From Bacteroidales bacterium (lineage in GTDB: Bacteria; Bacteroidota; Bacteroidia; Bacteroidales; UBA4417), in the NCBI GenBank assembly GCA_016707785.1, contig JADJGZ010000002.1, forward strand, positions 77,033 to 141,032: a stretch of DNA of 64,000 nucleotides, in the 5' to 3' direction. A model generated the notes under the pieces. The model had not been told where the DNA came from. It saw nothing but the letters and a program-made list of their open reading frames with translations, and did no database searches. Shown here in pieces: positions 55,483-64,000 of the stretch. A program made the position numbers and the translations under genes. Each line of letters starts with the position of its first letter. Positions within the stretch are counted from its first letter, which is position 1.

Positions 55483-57912
55483 TTATTTTGACTCAAGTGT
55501 AACAACGGCTGATTCAAGGTTTTCAGAAGTAGCTGTGATTTTAATCGGGCCCGGAGATTTACCGGCCTGAACCACCAACAGGCACATCCCGTTAAAAGCC
55601 TTCCTGGTATCGGATTTAAAGGGTTCAAGACTGATCTGGTTCCCATTATCAACTCCTGCTATGATTGCAGGCCCTTCTACATTGAATTTCACTGTCTGAT
55701 CTGCTTGGGGCACCATGTTGTTATTTTCGTCAACAATTTTTACTGTGCAGAAAGAGAGGTCTGTTCCATCCGCTTTAAGGATTGTCCGGTCTGAGATCAG
55801 CACAATACGGGCAGGTTTTCCTGCGGTAGTGACCTCTTTCTGAACAAGTGTTTGTCCCCTGGTACGGCCGATTGCCTTTATGTTTCCTGCTTCAAACGGT
55901 ACTTTCCAGGATAAATGGAGCTCTCCGTTTTCCTTTCTTTTGGTGCCCAGGGATGTGCCGTTAAGAAACAATTCGGCTTCCAGGCAATTGGTATATACCC
56001 ATACATCGATAAGCTGGCCTTCTTTCCAGTTCCAATGAGGCATCAGGTGCAGCATAGGCTTTTTTGTCCACTCACTTTGGTACATATAATAGCAATCCTT
56101 TGGAAAACCACATAGATCAAGGATTCCGAAATAGGAGCTATGTGCAGGCCAGTTGTATGGGGTGGGTTCTCCAAGATAATCAAAGCCCGTCCAGATGTAT
56201 AAACCTGAAAGAAAGTCGTGGCTTCTCATTATTTTCCAGGTTTCTTCGTGTGTGGAGCCCCAGGGAGTTGAGCAGTTGTCGTAGGAAGAGCAGGTGAAAT
56301 CCGGGTTGCCTTCATTAAAGGGAACATCCCATTTAACGGGCCATCTTCTCACTGAGTCGGCAGGAAAATCATAACTTCCTCTTGAAGCTAAAGCCGATGT
56401 GGTTTCTGAAGCAATGAATTTTTGTCCGGGAAATGTCTTTGGAAATTCTGCGAAAGTGTTGAGTTTATAGTTATAGCCTACCAGGTCGAGTGCCCCGGAT
56501 TTAATGATATTATTCCAGGGTGCCGGATCATTACATGCTGAAGTTATCGGACGGGTTGGGTCGAGTTGGCGGACAACAGAGGCCAGCTGTGTTGCAAGAG
56601 GCGTCCCTGTTGAATCCCACTGCTCTATAATCTCATTGCCAATGCTCCAGATGAAAACGGAGGGGTGATTGCGGTCGCGTAACACCATATCTTCAAGATC
56701 CCGTTTATACCATTCGTCGAAATCCAGTCCATAATCATTGGCAGTTTTGTTCTTTTTCCACATGTCGAAGGCTTCATCCATCACGATAAATCCCATCTTA
56801 TCGCATAGGTCAAGGAGTTCGGGAGCGGGAGGATTGTGAGATGTCCTGATACCATTGCACCCCATTTCCTTTAATAATTCAAGCTGTCTTTCCAGGGCCC
56901 GGGTATTGATTGCAGAACCAAGGCATCCCAGGTCATGGTGATTACAGACACCCCGGATTTTAACAAAGTCGCCATTCAGAATAAAACCTTTCTCCGGATC
57001 AAATTCGAACTTGCGAAGACCCAATGGAGTTTCATAGGTATCGACCACTTTCCCCTTCTGCTCGACAAAGGTTATTATCTTGTACAAATAAGGCGATTTA
57101 TCGGACCACAACCGTGGCTGTAACATCCTAATTTCCTGGTAATAAACATGAAGGCTATCCGGCTGCTCTGCCTGGACAGGCTCTGTTTGGGCCACCACAT
57201 TGTTATCGTTGTCGAGGATGATGGAGCGGTGTGAAATTTTCACTGAATTTCCGGTATGATTCCTGACTGTTGCCTGGATATTTACCACTGCACTCTCCTC
57301 ACTTACATCTGGGGTTGTAACATAAGTACCCCAGTGATCAATGGCTACGGAACCGGTGAGCACAAGCCATACATTGCGATAAATCCCTGAACCGGAGTAC
57401 CACCTGGAGTTAGGCTGTTTGGAATTATCCACCCGAACGGCCAGGACATTGTTTTCATTTATCCTGATGTAAGGGGTAAGATCGTAACGAAAAGAACTGT
57501 ATCCATAAGGCCTTTTGCCCAGGTAATGCCCGTTGATCCATACTTCTGAATTGCGGTACACCCCATCGAAATCAATGTAGATTTGTTTGCCTGCCTGTGG
57601 TTTTTTAATTGAAAAGGTTTTCCTGTACCAGCCGAAACCACCCGGAAGGGCACCTCCACCGGTTGTTGCCGGATTTGATTCACTGAAAGTCCCTTCAATA
57701 CTCCAATCATGTGGCAAATCCAGTGATCGCCAGCCTGAATCATCAAAATCAGGTTTCGATGCATTCGGTTCATCAGCCAACAGGAACCTCCAGCCTTCAT
57801 TGAAATTAATCTTTTCCCTCAGACTGGAAGAATTGCGAGGTTGTGCAATTACTGAAAGGCTCACTAACATTAAGGAAATGATGAGGTAAGCCCTGAAACC
57901 CTTATTTTTCAT
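55483..57912 (-). CDS. GH2 glycoside hydrolase (beta-galactosidase/beta-mannosidase-like)
   Basis: 809 aa with a signal peptide. The sugar-binding N-domain is FNEGWRFLL...DDSGWRSLDLPHDWSIEG and FDGVYRNSEVWINGHYLG. The TIM-barrel motif is RNHPSVFIWSIGNEI. The exact specificity cannot be read from the sequence. Confidence 0.85.
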   Translation of the reverse strand: MKNKGFRAYLIISLMLVSLSVIAQPRNSSSLREKINFNEGWRFLLADEPNASKPDFDDSGWRSLDLPHDWSIEGTFSESNPATTGGGALPGGFGWYRKTFSIKKPQAGKQIYIDFDGVYRNSEVWINGHYLGKRPYGYSSFRYDLTPYIRINENNVLAVRVDNSKQPNSRWYSGSGIYRNVWLVLTGSVAIDHWGTYVTTPDVSEESAVVNIQATVRNHTGNSVKISHRSIILDNDNNVVAQTEPVQAEQPDSLHVYYQEIRMLQPRLWSDKSPYLYKIITFVEQKGKVVDTYETPLGLRKFEFDPEKGFILNGDFVKIRGVCNHHDLGCLGSAINTRALERQLELLKEMGCNGIRTSHNPPAPELLDLCDKMGFIVMDEAFDMWKKNKTANDYGLDFDEWYKRDLEDMVLRDRNHPSVFIWSIGNEIIEQWDSTGTPLATQLASVVRQLDPTRPITSACNDPAPWNNIIKSGALDLVGYNYKLNTFAEFPKTFPGQKFIASETTSALASRGSYDFPADSVRRWPVKWDVPFNEGNPDFTCSSYDNCSTPWGSTHEETWKIMRSHDFLSGLYIWTGFDYLGEPTPYNWPAHSSYFGILDLCGFPKDCYYMYQSEWTKKPMLHLMPHWNWKEGQLIDVWVYTNCLEAELFLNGTSLGTKRKENGELHLSWKVPFEAGNIKAIGRTRGQTLVQKEVTTAGKPARIVLISDRTILKADGTDLSFCTVKIVDENNNMVPQADQTVKFNVEGPAIIAGVDNGNQISLEPFKSDTRKAFNGMCLLVVQAGKSPGPIKITATSENLESAVVTLESK

Positions 57913-57942
57913 TGAATCAACAGGATTAATACGTGTTTTGAA

Positions 57943-60252
57943 TTATTGGTTCACTGTAAAAACTGCCTTGTCGAGCCGCTCTGAATCAGGTCCGGTGAAT
58001 ATTTCAAACTCTCCCGGTTCCACTACCCTTTTCATATCACGGTTATAAAACCATAGCTTTTCAGGAGTGACTGTGAAAACAACCTCCGCTGTTTCCCCCG
58101 GTTGCAGGGTGATTTTTGCAAAGTCTTTCAGTTCTTTTATTGGCCTGGTTACCGAACTGATCTTATCATGAATATAGAGTTGAACGATCTCTGAACCGGT
58201 AACTGTGCCGGTATTTTTCACTTGAACAGTAATCTTCAGGTTTTCACCAGGCTTTATTGCAGCTTTTTCAACTACCGGTTTTCCATATTCGAAGGTGGTA
58301 TAGCTTAAGCCATAACCAAATGGAAATGCAGGTTTCATATCGGAATTCACATAATTACGGTTCCTTGAAGGCTTTTTGCTGTAATAAACCGGTAATTGTC
58401 CGATATTCTTCGGGAATGTGACAGTAAGTTTCCCTGAAGGATTCACTTTGCCAAAAAGGACATCAGCAACGGCTGTTCCGGTTTCCTGTCCGAGGTACCA
58501 TCCCTCCAGCAGGGCTGGCATTTGCTGAGTAATGAAATCAGAGACAATCGGTCGTCCATTGATCAGGAGCACAACCACCGGTTTCCCTGTTTTAACCAGT
58601 TCCCGGGCAAGTTCTTCCTGCCTTCCCCAAAGGGTAAGGTCGTCGCGGTCGCCACGGTGTTCTTCGCTCCAGCCTTCGCGGCAGATCGATTCATTTTCAC
58701 CAATTACCAGCAAAACAACATCACTCTTCTTAGCAACCTCCACTGCTTCGGCAATAAGTTTTCGGTCAGAATCAAGATCATTTAATGCTGTATTATTGTT
58801 ATCCCAGAAGGAACCCGGACTGGTGGTAATTTTGCATCCTTCGGCATAAAGAACTTTAAATTGCTCTCCTGCGAAATTCCTGATTCCATCGAGGACTGAA
58901 ACTCCTACCCTGGGTTCAATAGTGTAACCTCCAAGGTGAAGGTCGGCAGCATTGGGGCCGATTACTGCCATGGTTTTTATTTTGGAGGCATCAAGAGGCA
59001 GGAGCTTATTGTCGTTTTTCAACAGGATGATTGATTTATGGGCGGCTTCCAGGGCAATTGCCTTATGTTCTGCACAGTTGGTCACTTTCCTGGTTCTATC
59101 AACATCGGCATAAGGGTTTTCAAAAATGCCCAGCCTGAATTTGTTGAGAAGGACATTTCTGACGGCCTCATCCAATGTGCTTTCGGCGATATACCCTTTT
59201 CTTACGAGGGGGGCTACCAGGCGGTAATAACTGCTCACATCCATAATTTCAAAATCCACGCCTGATTCAAGGGCGAGTTTGATGGCTTCGGCGGTGTCGG
59301 CAACCACAAAATGCTTACGGTTCAGGTCTTCAATTCCTCCCTGGTCGCTGATCACATGTCCCTTGAATCCCCATTCCTCACGAAGCACTTCCTTTAGCAG
59401 CCAGGGATTGGCATGATTAGGAATAGCTGACCATTCGTTGTAAGAGGGCATTACGCTGAGCACTCCTGCTTCCTTTACGGCAATTTCGAAAGGATAAAGG
59501 TGGTTTTCCCTGAAATAGCGTTCATCGCAGAAAATGGGGGCTGTATTGTTACCCCCTTCACCCTGCCCGTGCCCGGCAAAGTGTTTAAGGGTGGCAATTA
59601 CATGTGAACCATCAATTAGAGGGGAGCGTCCCTGAAGGCCCAGGATAGCCGCTTTGCCAATCCTGGCAGTCAGGTAGGGATCTTCGCTATAGGTCTCTTC
59701 TGTCCTGCCCCAACGTGGTTCCCGTGCCAGATCAATAACCGGTGAGAGTGCCTGGTGAAAACCACGGGCTCTCATCTCAAGTCCGGTTGCGGAAAATACC
59801 TTCTCAATAAGTATTGTATCCCAACTACTGGCCAATGAAATAGCCTGGGGGAAACTGGTGGCTCCCACTCCCATAAAACCATGAAGTCCTTCACCAATAA
59901 ACAGGCAGGGAATTCCAAGCCTTGTTTTACTGATCAGTATTTTCTGAAGGGCATTATCAAGACGCATGGCTTGTTCCATGGGCATTTTTACCTGGAAAAA
60001 GGTGATAGCACCAATTCCGTCGGGGAAGGATTTCAATACCTTGTTTTCATCAATTTCACCTTTCTCATCAAAAAGGGTATTTCCAACATTGATAAAACAG
60101 AGTTGTGCTGCCTTTTCTTCGATGGTCATCTGTTTCATTAACAGATCAACTCTTTCTTCTATCGGCAGGTTCTTGCCGGGAACCGGTTTTGTGGTTTGTG
60201 AAGCCACGATGAATGAGATTAGCAGGAAGCCTGTAACCAGGAGTGTTTTCAT
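57943..60252 (-). CDS. GH3 beta-glucosidase (BglX-like)
   Basis: 769 aa with a signal peptide. Motifs are LKHFAGHGQGEGG and GFKGHVISDQGG (nucleophile Asp). A C-terminal Fn3-like domain reads ELKDFAKITLQPGE. Confidence 0.9.
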   Translation of the reverse strand: MKTLLVTGFLLISFIVASQTTKPVPGKNLPIEERVDLLMKQMTIEEKAAQLCFINVGNTLFDEKGEIDENKVLKSFPDGIGAITFFQVKMPMEQAMRLDNALQKILISKTRLGIPCLFIGEGLHGFMGVGATSFPQAISLASSWDTILIEKVFSATGLEMRARGFHQALSPVIDLAREPRWGRTEETYSEDPYLTARIGKAAILGLQGRSPLIDGSHVIATLKHFAGHGQGEGGNNTAPIFCDERYFRENHLYPFEIAVKEAGVLSVMPSYNEWSAIPNHANPWLLKEVLREEWGFKGHVISDQGGIEDLNRKHFVVADTAEAIKLALESGVDFEIMDVSSYYRLVAPLVRKGYIAESTLDEAVRNVLLNKFRLGIFENPYADVDRTRKVTNCAEHKAIALEAAHKSIILLKNDNKLLPLDASKIKTMAVIGPNAADLHLGGYTIEPRVGVSVLDGIRNFAGEQFKVLYAEGCKITTSPGSFWDNNNTALNDLDSDRKLIAEAVEVAKKSDVVLLVIGENESICREGWSEEHRGDRDDLTLWGRQEELARELVKTGKPVVVLLINGRPIVSDFITQQMPALLEGWYLGQETGTAVADVLFGKVNPSGKLTVTFPKNIGQLPVYYSKKPSRNRNYVNSDMKPAFPFGYGLSYTTFEYGKPVVEKAAIKPGENLKITVQVKNTGTVTGSEIVQLYIHDKISSVTRPIKELKDFAKITLQPGETAEVVFTVTPEKLWFYNRDMKRVVEPGEFEIFTGPDSERLDKAVFTVNQ

Positions 60253-60273
60253 TTGAACGGATTTAATGATCAG

Positions 60274-62421
60274 CTATAATTCTATTTCCTTTTCCAGCAA
60301 AATTTGATCAGATGATGAACCTACCTTCAGCATGAATTTGCCGGGTTCGAGCACCCAGTCTTTCTTATCAGGGTCGTAAAACTGGAAAGCCCTTTGATTG
60401 AGAGTGATCTTAACTTCTCCTGATTCGCCGGGTTTTAGGCTGATTTTTGAGAAGCCTTTGAGCTCTTTAGCCGGACGACTCACTGATGATTGGGGGTCAG
60501 TAACGTAAACTTCAGCAATCTCCTTACCTGCAACCTTTCCGGTATTTTTAATCATAAAAGTTAGTGTACACATTTCTTCCGGGTTGCCTTTACTGGTTTT
60601 AACCCTGAGGTCAGAATATGCGAACTGTGTATAGGAAAGTCCAAAACCAAACGGGAATAGTGGCTTAACAGCTTTTGTATCGAAATAACGGTATCCGACA
60701 AGTAACTCGTCTTTGTAATTTACGGTTCCATTACTTCCCGGGTATTCTCCAAATACTACTGAGGGTGAATCTTCGAGTTTTCGGGGAAGGGTATAGGGCA
60801 TTTTTCCTGAAGGATTTACGTCACCGGTAATTATCCTGGCCAGGGCTGTCCCGGTTTCCATGCCTATATAGCTGGTATAGAACAGGGCATTGGCATTATC
60901 AATCCAGGAACTCATATCTACCGGGCTTCCTGCTATCATAACAATAATAGCATTGGGCTTCACTTCAAGGATGGCACTGATAAGTTCATCCTGTCCATAA
61001 GGCAGGGACATATCCGGCTTATCATCACCTTCACAGTCGTTTCCGGGTTCATGATTGAGACCACCGAAAATAATGACCTGTTCGCATTCTTTGGCAAGAT
61101 TAACAGCTTCGGCCCTGAGTTTGGCATTGGAAGACTTAAGATCTTTGGTTACTTCATAACCCTGGGCATATTTCACTTCTATTTCATTACCCAATCTTTT
61201 CTGCAGTCCTTCGAGAGGCGTGATTTCATACTTAGCTTTAATTGTGGTACTCAGTCCGCCATATGCATGTTTACGGGTAGCATTATCACCGATCACAGCC
61301 AGTTTTTTAACATTGCTTGCCTGTAATGGCAGAATCTTGTTGTTTTTTAGCAGCACAACCGCTTCTTCCGCTATTTTCAGTGTGGCAGCAACTCTTTCAG
61401 GGGTGGCAAGTTTGGCTGCCATCCCGGTTGTATCCGGTTCTGCTTTGCCAATAAGGTTTAACTTCACCATTACATACAAAATCCTTCGAACCTTATCATC
61501 CACCACTTTGGCATCCACTTTACCGGCTTTGATGGAATCGAGGAGTGCTTGTCCCATGTAGTAATTGCCTTTTTTCCCATCGATAGGGTACATTTCAAGA
61601 TCCAGCCCGTTATTTGCTGCCTCGAGGGTATTATGAGCTGCACCCCAGTCGGTCATCACCAAACCTTTAAACCCCCATTCCGTTTTCAGGATATCCTGGA
61701 GCAGGTATTTGTTTTGACTGGCATACTGACCTCTGAATTTATTATAAGCCCCCATAATACTAAGGACACCCCCTTCTTTAACAGCAGCTTCAAAAGCCGG
61801 TAAATAAATCTCGCGCAAAGCTCTTTCGGATACTTCAACATTGATTGTACCCCTATCCTTTTCCTGGTTATTAAGGGCAAAATGTTTGGCACATACTGCG
61901 ATTCCACCAGCCTGTGCTGATTTGATAAACTCTACAGCTATCTGCCCGGTAAGGAAAGGATCCTCACTCATATACTCCCAGTTTCTTCCATTTAAGGGTG
62001 TACGGTGAATATTGAGCCCGGGAGCCAGCATAATATCTTTCCCTCTGATTATGGCTTCTTCGGCAAATACCTTTCCGAAATCTGTTGCCAGTTGAGGATT
62101 CCATGTGGAGGCCAGGGCTGTAAGACAGGGGAAATAAGTAACTGCATCATTTTTACAATTAGCAACACTCCAGTCGTGTGGGCTCATTTCCTCCCTTATT
62201 CCATTGGGTCCATCAGAAAGATGAAGTGCGGGGATACCCAGGCGGGGAATGGCCGGAGTGGTAAAAAAGGTATTCCCGTGAATGAGGGATATTTTTTCTT
62301 CAAGGGTAAGCTGTTTCAGGAGGTCGTCAACCTGCTGGTCGATTTTATCCTGTGTTTTACACGAACAGATAATCATTGTAAGTACGCTTGCAAGGGTTAA
62401 AAAGATTAATTTGGATTTCAT
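60274..62421 (-). CDS. GH3 beta-glucosidase/exo-glycosidase lipoprotein
   Basis: 715 aa with lipobox MIICSC-KT. Motifs are AKHFALNNQE and GFKGLVMTDWGA (nucleophile Asp). A C-terminal Fn3-like domain reads ELKGFSKISLKPGE. Confidence 0.9.
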   Translation of the reverse strand: MKSKLIFLTLASVLTMIICSCKTQDKIDQQVDDLLKQLTLEEKISLIHGNTFFTTPAIPRLGIPALHLSDGPNGIREEMSPHDWSVANCKNDAVTYFPCLTALASTWNPQLATDFGKVFAEEAIIRGKDIMLAPGLNIHRTPLNGRNWEYMSEDPFLTGQIAVEFIKSAQAGGIAVCAKHFALNNQEKDRGTINVEVSERALREIYLPAFEAAVKEGGVLSIMGAYNKFRGQYASQNKYLLQDILKTEWGFKGLVMTDWGAAHNTLEAANNGLDLEMYPIDGKKGNYYMGQALLDSIKAGKVDAKVVDDKVRRILYVMVKLNLIGKAEPDTTGMAAKLATPERVAATLKIAEEAVVLLKNNKILPLQASNVKKLAVIGDNATRKHAYGGLSTTIKAKYEITPLEGLQKRLGNEIEVKYAQGYEVTKDLKSSNAKLRAEAVNLAKECEQVIIFGGLNHEPGNDCEGDDKPDMSLPYGQDELISAILEVKPNAIIVMIAGSPVDMSSWIDNANALFYTSYIGMETGTALARIITGDVNPSGKMPYTLPRKLEDSPSVVFGEYPGSNGTVNYKDELLVGYRYFDTKAVKPLFPFGFGLSYTQFAYSDLRVKTSKGNPEEMCTLTFMIKNTGKVAGKEIAEVYVTDPQSSVSRPAKELKGFSKISLKPGESGEVKITLNQRAFQFYDPDKKDWVLEPGKFMLKVGSSSDQILLEKEIEL

Positions 62422-62455
62422 AGTGTTGAGTTATTTATGAATCACGTGAGAGATG

Positions 62456-64000
62456 CTATTTATTGGATGGGAGATTAAATTTCTCCCGAAACCATTTCAT
62501 TTTCAATGCATAATGAGGATTCGGGAGACTATGCCCGGCTTCGGGATAAATCACATAACTTTTTTCTGCCCGAACTTTATTGAAGGCTGCGAAATTGATG
62601 ACCGGAGGACATACTTCGTCACATAAACCAACCCCCATAAGCATAGGAGCTTTGATCATTGGAGCAAGGTTTTTAATATCAAAGTAACTCAATGTCCGGT
62701 AAACCTGTTCCCAGCTTTGTTTTTTTTCAACCTCCACATAATTGGTGAACTCGTTAGCAGGCCAAGCAGCTACTTTGAAATAGTTAGGGAAATCAGAGAG
62801 AAATGGAACCTGGGGAGCACAAACAGCTATCCTGTCGGCAGCTAAAGCTGCTGTTGCAAAAGTGAGGGCACCTCCTTGACTTGCACCTTCAACGCCTACT
62901 CTGGTGGTATCCACTTCAATTCGCGAAAAAAGGAAGTCCACAGCCCTGAGACAGTCCATGTAAGCTCCCCTGTAAATGTATTCATCTTTATCGTCAAGAT
63001 GATAGAGCAAATAACCGGGAAATCCGGGGTTCACATCATCTTTGCTGTTACCATGTCCCCTGATATTAATTCCGAAACCAATGATATCTTCTCCATAGTT
63101 CACATAGGATGGGAAGATGGTTGAACTGTATCCCTGAACCTGCAAAATAGCAGGGTATCTGCCGGGAGCTGATGGAACCGAATACCAGCCCCTGATAAGT
63201 ACATCGCCGAGTGAATGCATTTCCACAAGGTAAATGTTTCGGCTTGGGGTACATAAACTATCTATCCTGATTAACTTATACCGGGGATCAACATTTTTCA
63301 AATCTGCCTTAGCTTTACTCCAGAATTCCTCAAAATCAGTGGGTCGGTCGTTCTTTGAAACAATCTTTTCAGGCTCATAACCAAACCGGATGTCCATTTG
63401 CTTCATAAACAACCCTGATTCTATTTTTACCGAGGCTTTATAGAAACCAGGCACTACTCTATCCAGGTTAATTTCTGTTTCAGTTTCTGAGCCGGAGGCA
63501 CTCCTAAGAGGCTGATGATGTGTTTCCAGTTGATCTCCATATTGATTGGTAATCCTGACATTCATAATGCCATCAATATCAAGTCCTGATTTGTTTTCAA
63601 CGGTAATGGGCAGCTTGATTACATCCTCACCCGAAAAGACATGGTCTCCCTTTTTAAACTGCGGAATGATGCTGATTTTTTCAAATAGCTCTTTAATCAC
63701 CAGGGCCGGAGGGCCGGCATATATTCCACCATTTCCTGTACCATCGAAAACCCTTATTGCAAGAGTGTTGGGCTTATCCCACCTGACAAGTTTCCAGGCA
63801 ATTTCGTAAGACCTGAATTTATCATGAGCCGTAACTGTTTCAGGTGGGAATGTGCCGGTTGTTCCTATAATCTTACCGTTGAAGTATGTTTCATCACAAT
63901 CGTCAATCATTCCGAGGTTCAAAAGAAATGAACCCTTCTTGCCCAGGTATTTTTTATAAGATGAAGGAATTACAAAGGTGACCCTATACCATGCAATTCC
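62456..64000 (-). CDS. CE7-like acetyl esterase (AXE1/cephalosporin-C deacetylase fold) with N-terminal galactose-binding-like module; 5' end beyond window
   Basis: The ORF track starts at TTG 63922. The frame stays open to position 64000 (GIAWYRVTFVIPSSYKKYLGKKGSFLLNLGMIDDCDETYFNGKIIG...), so the gene is truncated by the window edge. The esterase motifs are NIRGHGNS, VEGASQGGAL (GxSxG) and YPEAGHSLP. Confidence 0.85.
   Translation of the reverse strand, partial: GIAWYRVTFVIPSSYKKYLGKKGSFLLNLGMIDDCDETYFNGKIIGTTGTFPPETVTAHDKFRSYEIAWKLVRWDKPNTLAIRVFDGTGNGGIYAGPPALVIKELFEKISIIPQFKKGDHVFSGEDVIKLPITVENKSGLDIDGIMNVRITNQYGDQLETHHQPLRSASGSETETEINLDRVVPGFYKASVKIESGLFMKQMDIRFGYEPEKIVSKNDRPTDFEEFWSKAKADLKNVDPRYKLIRIDSLCTPSRNIYLVEMHSLGDVLIRGWYSVPSAPGRYPAILQVQGYSSTIFPSYVNYGEDIIGFGINIRGHGNSKDDVNPGFPGYLLYHLDDKDEYIYRGAYMDCLRAVDFLFSRIEVDTTRVGVEGASQGGALTFATAALAADRIAVCAPQVPFLSDFPNYFKVAAWPANEFTNYVEVEKKQSWEQVYRTLSYFDIKNLAPMIKAPMLMGVGLCDEVCPPVINFAAFNKVRAEKSYVIYPEAGHSLPNPHYALKMKWFREKFNLPSNK

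Noticed and set aside
769-63809. Numerous 60-130-aa ORFs nested in or antisense to long family-assignable genes (for example 769-975, 7603-7899, 20444-20839, 27132-27561, 46357-46677, 58532-58849)
   Set aside because: Each lies wholly inside a longer ORF with clear homology-type motifs. Their translations are compositionally odd and lack recognisable domains. They are typical shadow ORFs.

Overview
This looks like a Bacteroidota chromosomal segment: it has SusC/SusD pairs, lipoprotein CAZymes and three T9SS C-terminal sorting domains. It falls into five parts.

(i) 1-19.2 kb, + strand: a composite beta-glucan polysaccharide utilisation locus (PUL). It holds the tail of a LuxR-type regulator, two SusC/SusD pairs, two divergent GH30 genes, an internally duplicated PKD lipoprotein, a GH5-CBM6-T9SS enzyme and a Calx-beta/GH16 laminarinase.

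(ii) 19.3-31 kb: redox and housekeeping genes. These are a Cys-rich protein, pirin, YceI, a divergent NmrA/HxlR pair with an 18-bp tandem operator-like repeat, a frameshifted M64 peptidase, a T9SS cargo protein, cydAB and a TPR-TM-AraC regulator.

(iii) 31.2-37.7 kb: a compact same-strand cassette of uncharacterised proteins. It encodes a small membrane protein, an exported LamG-SH3-polytopic-zinc-ribbon protein, a ~1000-aa repeat-TPR-tandem CbbX/SpoVK-type AAA+ ATPase and a CorA-topology 2-TM protein. This is my best candidate for an undescribed system, but its function is inference only.

(iv) 37.7-44.3 kb: fructosamine kinase, an ECF sigma/anti-sigma pair, 2H phosphoesterase, tRNA-Ala(GGC), a TPR protein and an SGNH hydrolase. 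The intergenic spaces here are filled by unusual short-period repeats: ATGTYGG heptamer arrays, a ~270-nt polypyrimidine tract and CTTTGTG/CACAAAG arms.

(v) 44.4-64 kb: a (galacto/gluco)mannan cluster. It combines a GH5-GH26-GH130-symporter-epimerase operon, an AraC regulator, and a GH5(T9SS)-GH27-GH2-GH3-GH3-CE7 operon.

I recognised no CRISPR array, rRNA, transposase, integrase or phage genes. Two genes are interrupted by single-nucleotide frameshifts at short homopolymers, which could be assembly errors. All family calls come from reading motifs by eye; no searches were run.
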